From Minutocellus sp. GHC0000111 (taxonomy: Eukaryota), in the NCBI GenBank assembly GCA_977018835.1, contig OZ361258.1:1488001-1552000 (forward strand): 64,000 nt of DNA, written 5' to 3'. Within the stretch, counting starts at the first letter, position 1. The number at the start of each line of letters is the position of its first letter. The position numbers and the translations under genes were made by a program. The notes below the pieces were generated by a model. It worked only from the letters and a program-made list of their open reading frames with translations. It made no database searches and was not told where the DNA came from. This document shows, piece after piece, positions 21,932-33,812 of the stretch.

Positions 21932-22254
21932 GGTTGCTTGACGTCTGCTTGCGGATGACTGATACATGTAATGACAATGCATGCACCACGGAGATTTGCA
22001 GGCTCATATCCTATTGAGAATTGCCCACGTCATTCGGACATTGAGTCATCTCAGCAGTCGAATAAGCAAAATTGGACACGTCGACTTCTCGAACTTTCTC
22101 CGCCGTTTTTGCAGATCCACTCGTTCCAGTCGCCATTTTTCCATTCTTTGTTCTCTTGTGCTTCCGGAACTCCGACTGAAGAGGGAGTGCTCCTTTCCTT
22201 CAAGATTGAGCTGAGCCCCCACCTTGTATTCTATTGTGAAATATACATTACAGA

Positions 22255-24471
22255 ATGAGAATACCAGCCCTTACGGTGGCGGCTGCTCTGGCCAGCACAT
22301 CTTACTCGGGCACCAACAACAATGGCGTTTCTTCTTCTGGCGAGCCATCGACTTCCGGTATCGGCGGGATTGGAGGCCCTGCGTTGGGTGTGTCGGCGTT
22401 CGTTATTCCCCCGTCTAGCGCCACCGCCACGAGAAGGAGCCGGGTCCGACCGGCATCCTCGCAGACCAGCCGTGGCATTAGCAGCAGCGAGCAGTATCTG
22501 AACAGCCTGTCGCCGGTACCTACTACCGCGGGGCCATTGCACATGAGCACGGCGGCACCGCCGGAGAAGCCACCGACGGACGATGGTCTGGTTCCGTTGC
22601 CCGAAATGGACAAGGATGGTCTGTACAACATTGAAAATGCCGAACAACACAAGTGAGTTTGTATTGTGTCATTTCCCCTGCGGTGGTTTGGCACACGCTG
22701 CATGTACTTGTGACCTGAGGTGGAGACCCGAATCGTTTTACCACATTTTATTTTTTTTGTAATTTGCTTTGCATGCACGAAAGCTCACGCTTTGTTTTTC
22801 TTCTGAACCTTTCCAAAACGCAGAGCATTTCTGGCGGCGAATCCAGATAAAATCGTTGTCCTGAAATTTTACGCCCCATGGTGCCGTGCGTGCAAGGGCT
22901 TGGCTCCGAAATTCCTCGCCCTGAAAAATGACGAGAAGTACAAGGATCTTCCCATCCTCTGGTCGCAAATGTCCGTCCAGAACAACAAGGATTACATCAA
23001 ATCCCTCGGCGTTCTGGCCCTGCCCTCGGTGCTGTTCTACGCTGGCTCCGAAGGCCTCGTTGAGAACTTCCCCTGCGGCCCATCGAAGATTCCCATCTTC
23101 AAGAAGAAATTTGCCGATCTGCTCAACCGATCCATCGTTCCCGACACTCGCAAGCTCAAGACCGTGGACTGCACTCTGCCGGAATATGCCGAGGCTGAGC
23201 CGTGCGCCTCCCGGCCGGTCGTTGACAAGGGCCCTGTGGCCGAGCTGTCTGTTGGAGAGGCCGTCGTGAGCGAGGAGCAGTGGACGTACCTCCGAACGCA
23301 GATACCATATTTCAAGGACTTTTCCGACGAAGAGTTCAAAACGCTCATGAACAAGGCAACGCTAGAAACCTTTGAGCCGGGACAGATTATTATGAGGCAG
23401 GGCATGCCGGGAGAAAAGTTTTACGTTGTGGACAGCGGTGAGGTGGAGATCTTGGTCAAGAGTGCCTTTGAGGATCCGCTGACGACACCATCCAACTATC
23501 TGGGTGCTGTAGTGAACCGGTTTGGGCCGATGGAGTACTTTGGCGAGCGGGCCTTGATTACCAAGGATCCTCGGGCCGCTAGCATTCGGGCGTCGGAGAA
23601 GACTCGGTGCTTTGCCTTCCATCAGGATGATATCCCCTCCTCATCGGTGCTTAGCGGTAAGCAGGTCCCAACTCCTGAGCGCAAAGCACAGATCGACGAG
23701 AAGTATGCACTGGACTTTTATAATATTGACTTCATCAAAGAACAATTCAAAAAGGCCAACTCATCGAACCAAATGCGCGGAAGCGCCAATTCTCCCTACA
23801 AAATACCCGGTGTGGACACCGATGAGGATGCCGAGGAGGTCGTGGAAAAGGCCGCGCAATCGAAGCCGAGGGTTGCAGAGGATGTCAATGTGAATGGAAA
23901 TCAGGATATGATTGTGGCCCTCCTCATGAGATTCAAGCTGCTTCGACATGCGTCGAGATGTTTTGATTACATTATGGGCACGCAGCCAAAGTTCGGAAAT
24001 CTCGGAGAAGTTGGACGTCGATCACTACTGGTGTCGAAGCTCTCTCCGGCGCAGCGGGAGGAATTTCGCAATGTGTATGAGCTGATTGACGCCGATGGTG
24101 ACGGTTCGATCAGTGTAGTGGAGCTCAAGAGGGCATTGGATAGCGTTGGTACGGAGCGATCCGACGAAGAGCTCCTTGATATGATCAATAAGGCCAATCC
24201 AGCCATTGACGGAAACGTTGAAATCGAGATGAATGATTTCATGGGTGTGATGGCAGAAGCCGAATTCTACTATCTGTTCATGGAGACGTTCTCCTCTCTC
24301 GATAAGAACAATGTCGGCTTCTTGAAGGCCGGGGAGCTTGATCGAGTATTGTGTGGCATGCGCGACCTTGTCAGCAACGATCGAAAAAGCATCATTGACG
24401 TTGAGGACGAGGACATGCTTATCAACTACGAGCAATTCGCGAAAATGTTGCTAGGCGCAGATACATACTAA
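22255..24471 (+). CDS. Predicted plastid thioredoxin (WCRAC) - cyclic-nucleotide-binding - EF-hand fusion protein; intron 22653-22823
   Basis: Spliced KIVVLKFYAPWCRACKGLAPKF; cNMP cassette YFGERALITKDPRAASIRA; EF loop DADGDGSISVVEL plus degenerate EF-hands; signal plus VSAFVIP presequence. Confidence 0.85.
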
Positions 24472-24810
24472 AGCTCGGTGCATTTTCCACAGCTCCGTGC
24501 TTTAGGAGGGAGATAGACAAGGAGTGCGCGTTGTACTTTTCTGCGCAAATACATACAAAATAATTTATAGAGAGATATTATGAACAAAGATCATGTTGAA
24601 TTACCTGAGAACACATGACATAAGCCTCATCACAGGCTGAGCCTCTCGACTGAAATGGAAAAATCTCTGGCAGAGGGATCTTCTACACCCATGAGCGAGC
24701 AGTCAGGCGGCCTAAGTGCCTTCTAAGAGTCTCATTTGTCATAAAATAGGTTTTAAAATAGTAGGTGTCCTTAGCGGTTGTACACGGCGTAAGCTAAAAG
24801 GGCCAAACAT

Positions 24811-25708
24811 CTATCCTAGAACCAGAGAATTTCGCTTATTATCTTTCTTCTCCTTGTGATATTTCCGAGACAATTTGTTGTAACGGCTGAGGAGGCGTTC
24901 GACCTGTTCTTGTAGATTCCTCCTCTCATCGCCTTCTTCCATATCAGCAATTATTTTCTGAATACAAGCGGAAGAAAAGTATTTGTTGCGCCTGCGGTAG
25001 GAATTTACTCCCCACAACTCATGCATGGTGTTGATATCATGAGGGATGCCCTGGGCCGTGGTGGTTTCATAGGAAAGGAGGTAGAAGATACGCTGGAAGC
25101 CCGTCCAGAGTATGGACGATATGCACATGCAGCATGGTTCATGGGTGGAAAGAAAGATGCCGGACTGTGCCTTTGGGCCGCGCTCCGATGCTGGCGTTTT
25201 CTTGGACCTGCATGTTACAGTAAGCGGTAGGAACAATAAAGAGAACCCCAAAACGATGAGTTTGTGTTTTGGAAATCAATTGATTGGTCAAGGAGAGACA
25301 TGCTCCACAAAACGCACACAATTGAAAACACACCAATACTCTTGACTTTAATAGTACATACCAGTCATAGATGCATTTGACCTCGCCATGGAACAGTGGG
25401 CACTCTGTCTCGCAGTTGGTCGACGCCATGTCGCAGGAGAGGTCGTTCCTAAGAATTGCCGCCCCGAATACCTTATTCCCCTCTTGCACTCCGCATTCCG
25501 TCTGTGGCAGTATATCCCGCTCAATGACGTCCAGCATGTTCTTGATTTCGGCTGGCGTGGCCCGCAATGGTGGTTTCTCCATATCCAAGATTACGCCTTG
25601 GGTGCGATCGCCCGTGGTGGTGATGGGGGTCGGCGTCTCAGTCGTCGCTATGGCCTGCTTTACAATGTCCAGTGCGGATATCGTCGGCTTTGCTGATGAC
25701 TCGCACAT
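24811..25708 (-). CDS. Zinc-dependent nucleoside/nucleobase deaminase (cytidine deaminase fold, guanine-deaminase-like); intron 25361-25208
   Basis: GNKVFGAAIL...PLFHGEVKCIYDW/SKK...STHEPCCMCISSILW gives the HxE and PCxxC motifs. Confidence 0.85.
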
Positions 25709-26165
25709 ATATATCTCATTTTCCTATCGGTAAAATAGAATTTCTAATGAATGAATCGATTGATGAACCTTTTTTCCATGCAAAGTAAGAAGAACGACAG
25801 GCAACTCTGTGTGTACCTTTTCGCGGCGAAGGGATGATTGCCGGTTATAAAGCGCTTTTTCCCTTCTTCGAGTTGTTCCGTGGGAAAAGCCTCCGGCGAT
25901 CGCGACAGAAAAATGTTCGAAGGTAAATGCACAAATGACAATGGCTTTGTGTGGGGTGGCGATTTTCGCCGGCCCAGTTTGTGTGGGGTGGCCGCACCAC
26001 CATCCTGAGCGCCATCCCTTGTCCTGAGTGCGAGCCACGTCGGTACCATTAGGAATTCCTACTAGTATTCCTCCGCATCCCGCAAAAGGCCAGATTTTGT
26101 CTTCGTTTGTGTGGATGGCACGCACTTTCATGTGTTCAGGTATTATTAGTAGTTGACGAAAGAGT

Positions 26166-28688
26166 ATGAAGAAGAAGCGGCCACGTCCTGGTGGAGATGA
26201 CGCCGCTGCTGGGGCATCATCGTCATCCGCTCGGCAGCGCTCGTCGGCGGCCAGAGAATTTTTGAGGGAGCTCTTCGTCCCGGTGGGGCCGCAGCAAGCT
26301 TATCCGCCGGTCATTTCGTCGTACATAGAACGCTCGGGGCACAGCGCCGAAAGGAAGGATTCGATCGATGACGACGAGTGCCTTGAGAGGATGCGTCCGA
26401 AAAGCGATGCGGAAGTCCAGCGAGAAGAGAGCTGGAAGAAGCGACGAAGGGAGCGGCGGCCGTCTCTCACTCTTCCTCCCGCTGAGGCGCCGGTCTTTAC
26501 CCAAATGCTCCCGCCGCAGCGGAAGGAAGTGGACTTGGATTCTGGCGTGTATGTTTCTCCCAGTCTCGCTGGAGTGGCCGGCGATGCGTTACCAGCCCTG
26601 GTGCGGGCGATCAAACAGGACGAGCGTCGCAAGCGAGCAGAGACACCGCTCGCGGAAGGCGAGGATGAGCCAGGCCCGTGCTGCCAGAAGCTGAGCCCCT
26701 TCCGACGGCCTCGCACGTATTTGTTCGTCCTGACCTGCGTCTATGTGTTCTGGTATGCTGGTGCGTTCTTCGGCTATGGTCCGATGCAACTAATGCTCGA
26801 ACGGCAGGGCGCATTCTCATACCTATGTGATGACGCGGACCAGCCCGAAGAAACAGATGGAGCAACCACTACTTCGACGACAACATGTCCAGAACAAAAT
26901 GCCATGCTCCTGAATGTGCAATTCGTTGCTCAGCTGACAATGATTGCGTCGCCTCTCCTCGGGGCCTGGTGCGACAAGAACGGCCCGGCGGAGGTGGCAG
27001 GCGGACTCTTTGTGTCCGGAGCCCTTGGCATCCTCCTCCTTGCCATTGCCACGTCAAAACTCAGCGTCGACTGGCTCTTGTTCCCCTCCTTTTTATGTTC
27101 CGGTCTCATGGCGCAGATTGCTGGCCTAATGACCGTTCAGACTGGGTTAATATTCGAGGATCCTCGAACAAGGAATCGAGCCATCAGTTCCCTCAACGCG
27201 CTGTACGACGCAGGTGCCACCACGTACCTTATACTTTGGTACATCGATACTCACACTGTCCTCACGCTCCCCACAATATCCGCCCTCAACCTGGCATTGT
27301 TTGTATTCGTCGTCGGCTCGGCAATCAAATGCTGGTTCATGATCACCGATACGAAAGGTGAGGTCACCGAAGACGAAAGTAGAAGGCGAAGTAGCCAAGA
27401 TAACAGAGAGGAGTGGGACGACGAAGAATGCAAGGAGGAAATAAATGATGATATTACGCACACAAGCCATACCAAACAAACTCATCTGGCGACTGATTTT
27501 CCAGGTGTAGATGACGATGTTTTTGCCATGAATGGAGCAAACGATAATAGAGAGCCAGGTCCAAGGCAGAAACGAATTTCTTGGCGAGACGAGCTTTCAG
27601 ATTCCAGTGATGATGAGGCAGGAAATCAGGGTGAGCCTGTTGTCAAGGCCACCTCTGCACTAGACATTGCCAAAGCCTCGGCTTCAGACCTTGGCGGTGA
27701 CGACGAGGGTGCTCGCAATGACAGGAAAAATGACGAGAAACAAACTTCCGCATCGCCCCGTCGAACGTCAATGACTCGGCGAAGGTCTTCAGCAGGATCA
27801 ATTGCATCCATGATTCTGCGACGACTTTCATTTACAGGCAACAAGGATAAATCTGCTCCCGTGAGCAAGAAGACATCGATGACCTTCGGCCAATTCGATG
27901 ATGACGATGAAGACTTCGTCGAAGAACCAACACCAACTCCATCGAAACCGAGACAATACGTCCTGATAGCTAGTCGACCCGCCCTCGACCAGCTACGATC
28001 TTCCCAGTTCCTCACTCTTGCTGCTTTTTTTGCATTTCACCATTCCAGAAATACGTGGACTCTCACCACAACCAGAGATTTCCTCGCATACCTCGGCGAC
28101 GATGAAACAGGAAACAAGTACCTTGCCATTTTTACTCTATTGACACCTGCGTCCGTCCTTGGCTTGCCATTCGTAGACAAGATTGTCCATAAGTTCGGCT
28201 TTGCGGCAGGGCTACATGTCGTCAATGCCCTCGCCATTGGGCAGGGCATCATTCAAGTTTCATCTGACAATCTCAACGTGAAAGTTGTTGGTTTTGTGTT
28301 ATATTCCTTCTATAGATGTTTCTTATTTTCGGTTTGTTTCAGCGCCCTCCCTGCCTTTTTGGATGGCATCGTCCTCGGCAAAGGTTATGGTCTACTCATC
28401 CTCTCAGGCGGCGTCCTTTCACTGATGAATATCCCTCTCTCGAATGCAGCCGTTCAAAAACTGGGAGGAAATTTTTTCATTCCCAATTTGATCTATACCG
28501 TACTCTGCGGTCCTTGCATAATTTTGGTTTGGATGATTCATCGAGGATTTGTGAAAGAAGCAGAAGAAAAGAGGAGACTGAAAGAGGTGGGGCCAGAAGA
28601 AATTGTCAGAGAATCAATTGATGATAACATCGATGTTTCAAACGACGATAGCGATGCGGATGAAGTGGCTGAGGTGATAGAAGATTAA
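26166..28688 (+). CDS. MFS transporter, SLC43 (LAT3/LAT4)-like, with large central loop
   Basis: Two blocks of TM helices; AGAFFGYGPMQLMLERQGAFSYLC...CPEQNAML; GAWCDKNGP. Confidence 0.75.
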   Translation: MKKKRPRPGGDDAAAGASSSSARQRSSAAREFLRELFVPVGPQQAYPPVISSYIERSGHSAERKDSIDDDECLERMRPKSDAEVQREESWKKRRRERRPSLTLPPAEAPVFTQMLPPQRKEVDLDSGVYVSPSLAGVAGDALPALVRAIKQDERRKRAETPLAEGEDEPGPCCQKLSPFRRPRTYLFVLTCVYVFWYAGAFFGYGPMQLMLERQGAFSYLCDDADQPEETDGATTTSTTTCPEQNAMLLNVQFVAQLTMIASPLLGAWCDKNGPAEVAGGLFVSGALGILLLAIATSKLSVDWLLFPSFLCSGLMAQIAGLMTVQTGLIFEDPRTRNRAISSLNALYDAGATTYLILWYIDTHTVLTLPTISALNLALFVFVVGSAIKCWFMITDTKGEVTEDESRRRSSQDNREEWDDEECKEEINDDITHTSHTKQTHLATDFPGVDDDVFAMNGANDNREPGPRQKRISWRDELSDSSDDEAGNQGEPVVKATSALDIAKASASDLGGDDEGARNDRKNDEKQTSASPRRTSMTRRRSSAGSIASMILRRLSFTGNKDKSAPVSKKTSMTFGQFDDDDEDFVEEPTPTPSKPRQYVLIASRPALDQLRSSQFLTLAAFFAFHHSRNTWTLTTTRDFLAYLGDDETGNKYLAIFTLLTPASVLGLPFVDKIVHKFGFAAGLHVVNALAIGQGIIQVSSDNLNVKVVGFVLYSFYRCFLFSVCFSALPAFLDGIVLGKGYGLLILSGGVLSLMNIPLSNAAVQKLGGNFFIPNLIYTVLCGPCIILVWMIHRGFVKEAEEKRRLKEVGPEEIVRESIDDNIDVSNDDSDADEVAEVIED

Positions 28689-28854
28689 TTTATTATCTAG
28701 GTGCAGTAATAACACCTTCATCTTAGAAATCAAAGATCTTATAGTGTCCAGTGACGATGTGGCTGCATTTCTTGGTCGTCTACGATCGTACAAAGGAACA
28801 ATGAAAGTCAATATGCATTTCATTGCTAATTTGTAATGCAATCGTCATTTAGTA

Positions 28855-31800
28855 TTATAAATCAGAACTCACGCGGGGCATCTTTCTCATGACATGATCT
28901 GCCTTTCGAATCGAACCCCACGCCTCGTATAATTGCGCGGCCTGCTTTAGATAATTCGCAGCTTCGGTGAGATTCCCATTGTTCAAGAAAAACAGTCCCA
29001 TTCGTTCCGTAGCAAGTGCAAGGTCATTCGAAAAGGCGTGCTTCCTGGCATTATCTATAGATGCTTGGTATGCGGTGGTGGCAACTTCACTATCACCATC
29101 GACCGCAGCAAGCTCCGCTCTCATTAGGTCATATCGATGGCGGAAGTTCCACTCAGAATCCTTGTCTGCAAATTCTTTCATTGTAGCAATGGAATCGATG
29201 GCCACGGGTCGCCAAATACTTTCATCGCCGCCTTCTCTCAACATGACAGATGCAAGCAAACCGCTGTACAGCGTCACGCTGACAACTTCTACCGTGGGGA
29301 AGATTTGTCCGGATGCTGCGACCTCCTTATATAGCCTATACATCTCACACGCCATGTCGTATCTATGGAACAAGTACGACAAATACAATCTCAGATGAAA
29401 CATTTCTCTCTTGAGTGTGACAAGATTCATTTTCTCAAACACGGCGAGGGCATTGTCTTGGTCCATGGCTTCACCGGTGAGGACGGATGGATCGTCGCTG
29501 GGATCATCACTGGGACTGGCGTCGGCAATCAGATTTAGAACCGCCTGGAAGGAGAGCATAACAAAGTCCATCGAGAAGTGCCTGTAAGAGCTCCATTCCT
29601 GTATGTTGGATCGCATTTCAGATTCGACATCTTCCAATGTTTTTCCTCGTTCAACGACCCAAACATTGTTGAAGGCAATAAAGCCGATGGTGGCGATGCC
29701 CCACATGACATCTCCCGATGCTATTGCCAATCGGCCAGCTTGTCGGATCTGATCTACACATGCCTGCATCGGTTGCCGATATTGGTGAATAGAAAGACCA
29801 AGGATCAAAAGAACAACATGTTCGTATTGGCGGTCAAACTTTTTCAGAAGCGCAAGAGAAATATCTGCACAATGCGTAGCGAGAACGCGATGCCCGTGGT
29901 TGCATAATAAGAATGCAGCACTTGCAAAGGCGAACGCGGACTCAGGGCAAAGTCCATTCGTTAGGGAGATGTTGATCATGCGAAGAACTGGAAGCGAGAA
30001 GAAATTTTGGTTGGAGTTGTATGCGATGCGAGCTGTGACTGTGAGGAACTTCATGGCCGCAAGCTTGTTCTCGTCGGCCACAAGATCGGAATTGAGGATA
30101 TCATCCACCGATCTTCTACGGATGAGATCTTCCGTCTTTTCTAGTTCCTCCACGATGGTGCTACGGTCAATATCGGAAGGGAAGGATTCGCCCAGCTTCT
30201 CAAGAACTGCAAGACCTCGCTGCACGGCCTCGTTGAGATGGCCCTGCGCAATGAGAGCAAGCATGTACGCATGTTGAGCGCGCAATTGATCTTGAATAGT
30301 CTTGCCTTGCGACAGAACAGGCTCGAGCGATATCATAGCATTCTCATTGTCGCCATGAGCAACTTGAACCTCTCCCAAGGCCGTGTGCAATCGTAGGCTC
30401 AACTCATAATGCTCCTCCCAGCTCGTTTCGTCGTCGAGAAAGACACAACCTTGCAGTAAATAGATGGAAGCGGGCAAAAATGCACACGCAGCGGACGATT
30501 TCTCGCCGGCGACTAGGTTGAGCTCGGCAACTTTGAACCTCTCCACCGGATCCGTGACGAGAGTAGACCCTCGATTGATCTGGTCGACAATTGTAAAAAG
30601 CATATCCTCAAACACTTCTTCGCCGGCGGCGCTGGCACGGCGCAGCAGCTCTCGCCCAACCTCCATATGCATCATCTCCTGTTCTTCCGTGGGAGTAAGC
30701 GCATATGATGCCTCCCATATCTGGTCGTGAGCAAATTTGAACGAATCGCCTTCCGGAAGGAGGAGACCGTCGTCCACCAAGGCGTTCAGGTGTTCTTCTA
30801 CACCCTCGGGGTTATCGCCAATGCTAAGGTACAAAAGTTTGATGGTCCTCTCGTCAAATCGAGAGCCCAAGCACGACGCCACTCGGAGGACCCACTGGAC
30901 CTCGTCGCTGTGCGAGCGCATCATCTCCAGCATGAGGTCGACGGCATTGTCGGCGATGCCCTCCGCGCGGATGGCATCGATGTCCCATTCCCATCGTCGG
31001 CTGCTGGCCGAGTACTGAAGCAGATGGTCGTCATAAAGAGATTTGAGCAGCTGAACGACAAAGAGGGGATTGCCTCTCGTCTTGGCATGGAGGTTGGTCG
31101 ATAGGGACTGCGTCAGGTGCGGAGACAGGTGCAGAGTATCCGCGACGAAGTCATTCACGGCGGCCCAGTCCAACTCTCCGAGGTGGATCTCAGTGACGGG
31201 GATCTTGGCCTCGGCGATGTCCCCAAGAGTTTCCTCAAGGTCTTCGTTGGACTCATTTTCTCGATAACAACCGAGAAACAGGAGCGACTTGGTCTCGGCG
31301 TCGGTGATGAGCATGGCGATCAGGTCCAGGGCGGAGAGGTCGGCCCACTGCAGATCATCAAAGTGAACGATGATGGGGTGGTCCGGACTGGCGATGGCGC
31401 GGACGAATACCCGGAGGGAGTACACGATCCGATTGAAGGCTTCGGCGGTGACCTCCTCGTTCTGGTGGGCCGAGACGTCGGTAATGCCCAAGATGTTGGC
31501 CAGAGATGGGACGAGGCTGATGAGGGTAAGGTTGTCCTTGCCCGTTCCGAGGGCCCGGGTGATGTCGGTCCTGACGGAAGCGATGAGGTCATCGTTCCCG
31601 GTAGCTAGCAGCTCCCGGCAGTACTCCTCGAAGGCATAAAAGATGGTCGACATGGGCTGCACCTGCGGATCGAACTTGCACGATATGAAGATTCCGGTGC
31701 CGTCCGAGCTGCTCCCGGCGGCTGGATCGTCGGCATTGCTGTTGTTGTAACTGCCAATGTTGGCCAGGGGGTCACGGAGCTGATCGACCAGGGCCAACTT

Positions 31801-32763
31801 GCCGGAACCACTGAGGCCCTTGATGAGGACCAGGCCCTGATCGTTCTTGCGGTGGATGTTGGGCAACTTTTTTGCCGGGGCCGGCGGACACAGCACCCGT
31901 TGAAACACATCGAGGAGCTGGTCAGTCTCGGCCTCCCGACCGTACAGCTTGCCCTGCGGGAAGACGAGCTGTCCGCTCCCGGCGGCGGGATCCGTCGAAT
32001 CAAGGAGATACCGGTCCGGCCGGTCGACCATCCGTCGCAATTCGCCGCCGACATCGTCCAGGGTCCGAAAGCGGACCGTGCAGCTGTGGAAGGAGGCACT
32101 GGATCGGAAGCTGCTGCTGCTACCTGCACTGCCGTTACCGCGCTTATCGTCGCCTAAATGTAGGCTGAGCAAGTCATCTACAAGAAGCGAAATGCTGACC
32201 GGATATCCCACATCCTTGAGAGAGGGGATGCCACCGACACCGACAGCCTCGTTGCTGCCGATGACGAGAGATGCCGCCGAATCGCCCGCCGTCGTGCCCA
32301 GGCCCGTCCGGCTGCTGGACGCGGCCGTCAGTCCCCCCTCGATGCTGGCCTCCGACTGCGACCGGCTGCCGTGCGAGGCCTGCCGTCGCTTGGCCGGCCG
32401 GACGTCGGTCATCCGGAGCCGTTCCATGTCGGATATAGACTCCTCGATCGCGGCGTCGCCGTTGGACGAGGTCGCCGCTCCGTTTTGGGCGCCGTCGGTG
32501 TCCATGTTTGTATTATCGTCGGTAGTATTCGCCGCCGCATTAGCAGCAGCCTCACTGGGAGCCAGTCCCGTCAGAGACTCGTACAGGGCACAGCCCACCC
32601 GGTACAGCTCCCGCGTTTCCTGCTCCGCCGCCTCCGGCCCTTGCATTTGGCTCTGTGCGAGCGATTCCACCTCGGCCATGGCCGATCGGACTGCCTTGTC
32701 CAGTCTTACCCGCCGTGATTCGGGCGATGCCGCCGCTGCTTGTGCCGATGCCGAGTCCGACAT
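28855..32763 (-). CDS. Large STAND AAA-ATPase with kinase C-lobe-like remnant and TPR-like C-terminus
   Basis: LYGREAE, GLSGSGKLAL, CKFD, FDDLQWAD, KTRGNPLFV, FKFAHDQI. N-terminal LYRVGCALYESLTG. ATG at 32763. Confidence 0.85.
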   Translation of the reverse strand: MSDSASAQAAAASPESRRVRLDKAVRSAMAEVESLAQSQMQGPEAAEQETRELYRVGCALYESLTGLAPSEAAANAAANTTDDNTNMDTDGAQNGAATSSNGDAAIEESISDMERLRMTDVRPAKRRQASHGSRSQSEASIEGGLTAASSSRTGLGTTAGDSAASLVIGSNEAVGVGGIPSLKDVGYPVSISLLVDDLLSLHLGDDKRGNGSAGSSSSFRSSASFHSCTVRFRTLDDVGGELRRMVDRPDRYLLDSTDPAAGSGQLVFPQGKLYGREAETDQLLDVFQRVLCPPAPAKKLPNIHRKNDQGLVLIKGLSGSGKLALVDQLRDPLANIGSYNNSNADDPAAGSSSDGTGIFISCKFDPQVQPMSTIFYAFEEYCRELLATGNDDLIASVRTDITRALGTGKDNLTLISLVPSLANILGITDVSAHQNEEVTAEAFNRIVYSLRVFVRAIASPDHPIIVHFDDLQWADLSALDLIAMLITDAETKSLLFLGCYRENESNEDLEETLGDIAEAKIPVTEIHLGELDWAAVNDFVADTLHLSPHLTQSLSTNLHAKTRGNPLFVVQLLKSLYDDHLLQYSASSRRWEWDIDAIRAEGIADNAVDLMLEMMRSHSDEVQWVLRVASCLGSRFDERTIKLLYLSIGDNPEGVEEHLNALVDDGLLLPEGDSFKFAHDQIWEASYALTPTEEQEMMHMEVGRELLRRASAAGEEVFEDMLFTIVDQINRGSTLVTDPVERFKVAELNLVAGEKSSAACAFLPASIYLLQGCVFLDDETSWEEHYELSLRLHTALGEVQVAHGDNENAMISLEPVLSQGKTIQDQLRAQHAYMLALIAQGHLNEAVQRGLAVLEKLGESFPSDIDRSTIVEELEKTEDLIRRRSVDDILNSDLVADENKLAAMKFLTVTARIAYNSNQNFFSLPVLRMINISLTNGLCPESAFAFASAAFLLCNHGHRVLATHCADISLALLKKFDRQYEHVVLLILGLSIHQYRQPMQACVDQIRQAGRLAIASGDVMWGIATIGFIAFNNVWVVERGKTLEDVESEMRSNIQEWSSYRHFSMDFVMLSFQAVLNLIADASPSDDPSDDPSVLTGEAMDQDNALAVFEKMNLVTLKREMFHLRLYLSYLFHRYDMACEMYRLYKEVAASGQIFPTVEVVSVTLYSGLLASVMLREGGDESIWRPVAIDSIATMKEFADKDSEWNFRHRYDLMRAELAAVDGDSEVATTAYQASIDNARKHAFSNDLALATERMGLFFLNNGNLTEAANYLKQAAQLYEAWGSIRKADHVMRKMPRVSSDL

Positions 32764-33135
32764 TTTTATATGATGATGATAAATTAGTGTTCCGATACCG
32801 CCGAATCGAATCAAAGCGAAGGGGAGACGGTAGCCATGCGATGCGCTTCAACCGAATCCTTTTGCCCTCCACGCACGCACGAAGCGAGCAACCCAGTCAG
32901 ACGGTCCGTTCGAGCACAAGCGTTCGTCTCAGAGGATGGGAGGCGTTGAATTAATATTTGGAAGTGCCTGGTCGATATCAAGATGGCTGTGGCGTGAGAT
33001 TGCTTGAGACCACGGAGATCCGTGTTGAGACGGCCGTCCAATAAGGCCAAAGCGAAGAAGGAACACTGGCCTGCTGTTGATCAATAAATTGACAATTGGT
33101 GTATGATAAAATGGCAATTGGTGTATGATTCAAGC

Positions 33136-33620
33136 GGTAGGCCAGGTTGCCATGATGGCCGGCCGCCGAGCTCGCATTTCGGGCGAGTTTCTGAAAAAAA
33201 ACTGTACCATACTAGCTAAAAAGTTGGTTTTTCAAAAAAAATAATTCGGTGGCGTTTGATAGCTCACTGGATTCAGCTCGTCGAGAGGAGCTCAAATCCG
33301 GTGAGTTTTTGGAAATCTGAGGACTGGGGGAAAAGTTATGTGCGTTTTTGTAAGTTCAGTATACCTACTAGCTTCTACTAGCAATACTTTTACGCGGTGA
33401 AGTTAGTATTTCTTAATTGGGCAGTTTTAGAAATCGTCCGGCGATGCCCAAAAATCGAAGTACGGCCAAACTCATCGACGGCATGGAATTTTTCCGCCGT
33501 TCAAAATTTTCTCTTGCTCTCCTCATTGAGAGCTATCCAAAACTGTGCCGTTTGGGGCGTTTCGACGAATGCTCGTATGTTTGTAGCATTTCCTATTTTC
33601 AATTTCTTAATTTGACCTAT
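33136..33620. mobile_element. Possible non-autonomous DNA transposon remnant (AT-rich intergenic insert)
   Basis: Compositionally distinct. Internal inverted motif GATAGCTC (~33258) / GAGCTATC (~33530). Weak terminal inversion TAGGCCAGGTT / AATTTGACCTA. No TSD established. Confidence 0.3.
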
Positions 33621-33812
33621 TTACTCTACCGGTAGGAATTCCTACCAATAATTGGTACAGTCCGTCCCCACCGATCTATAACAATGTCAAATTGCTTAGG
33701 TGAGGGCTGAGATTCTGAGCATATTGCTTATTCTAAGAGCTACTTGGTACCTCATTCACATGTTATTCCTTAGATCTATTCCAAAATAAGCAATTTGAGG
33801 GCTGGGCTCCTA

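Noticed and set aside
24811..25708. Deaminase gene as the agent of the TpA hypermutation
   Set aside because: It looks like a small free-base/nucleoside deaminase with no nucleic-acid-targeting domain. Proximity alone is not evidence.
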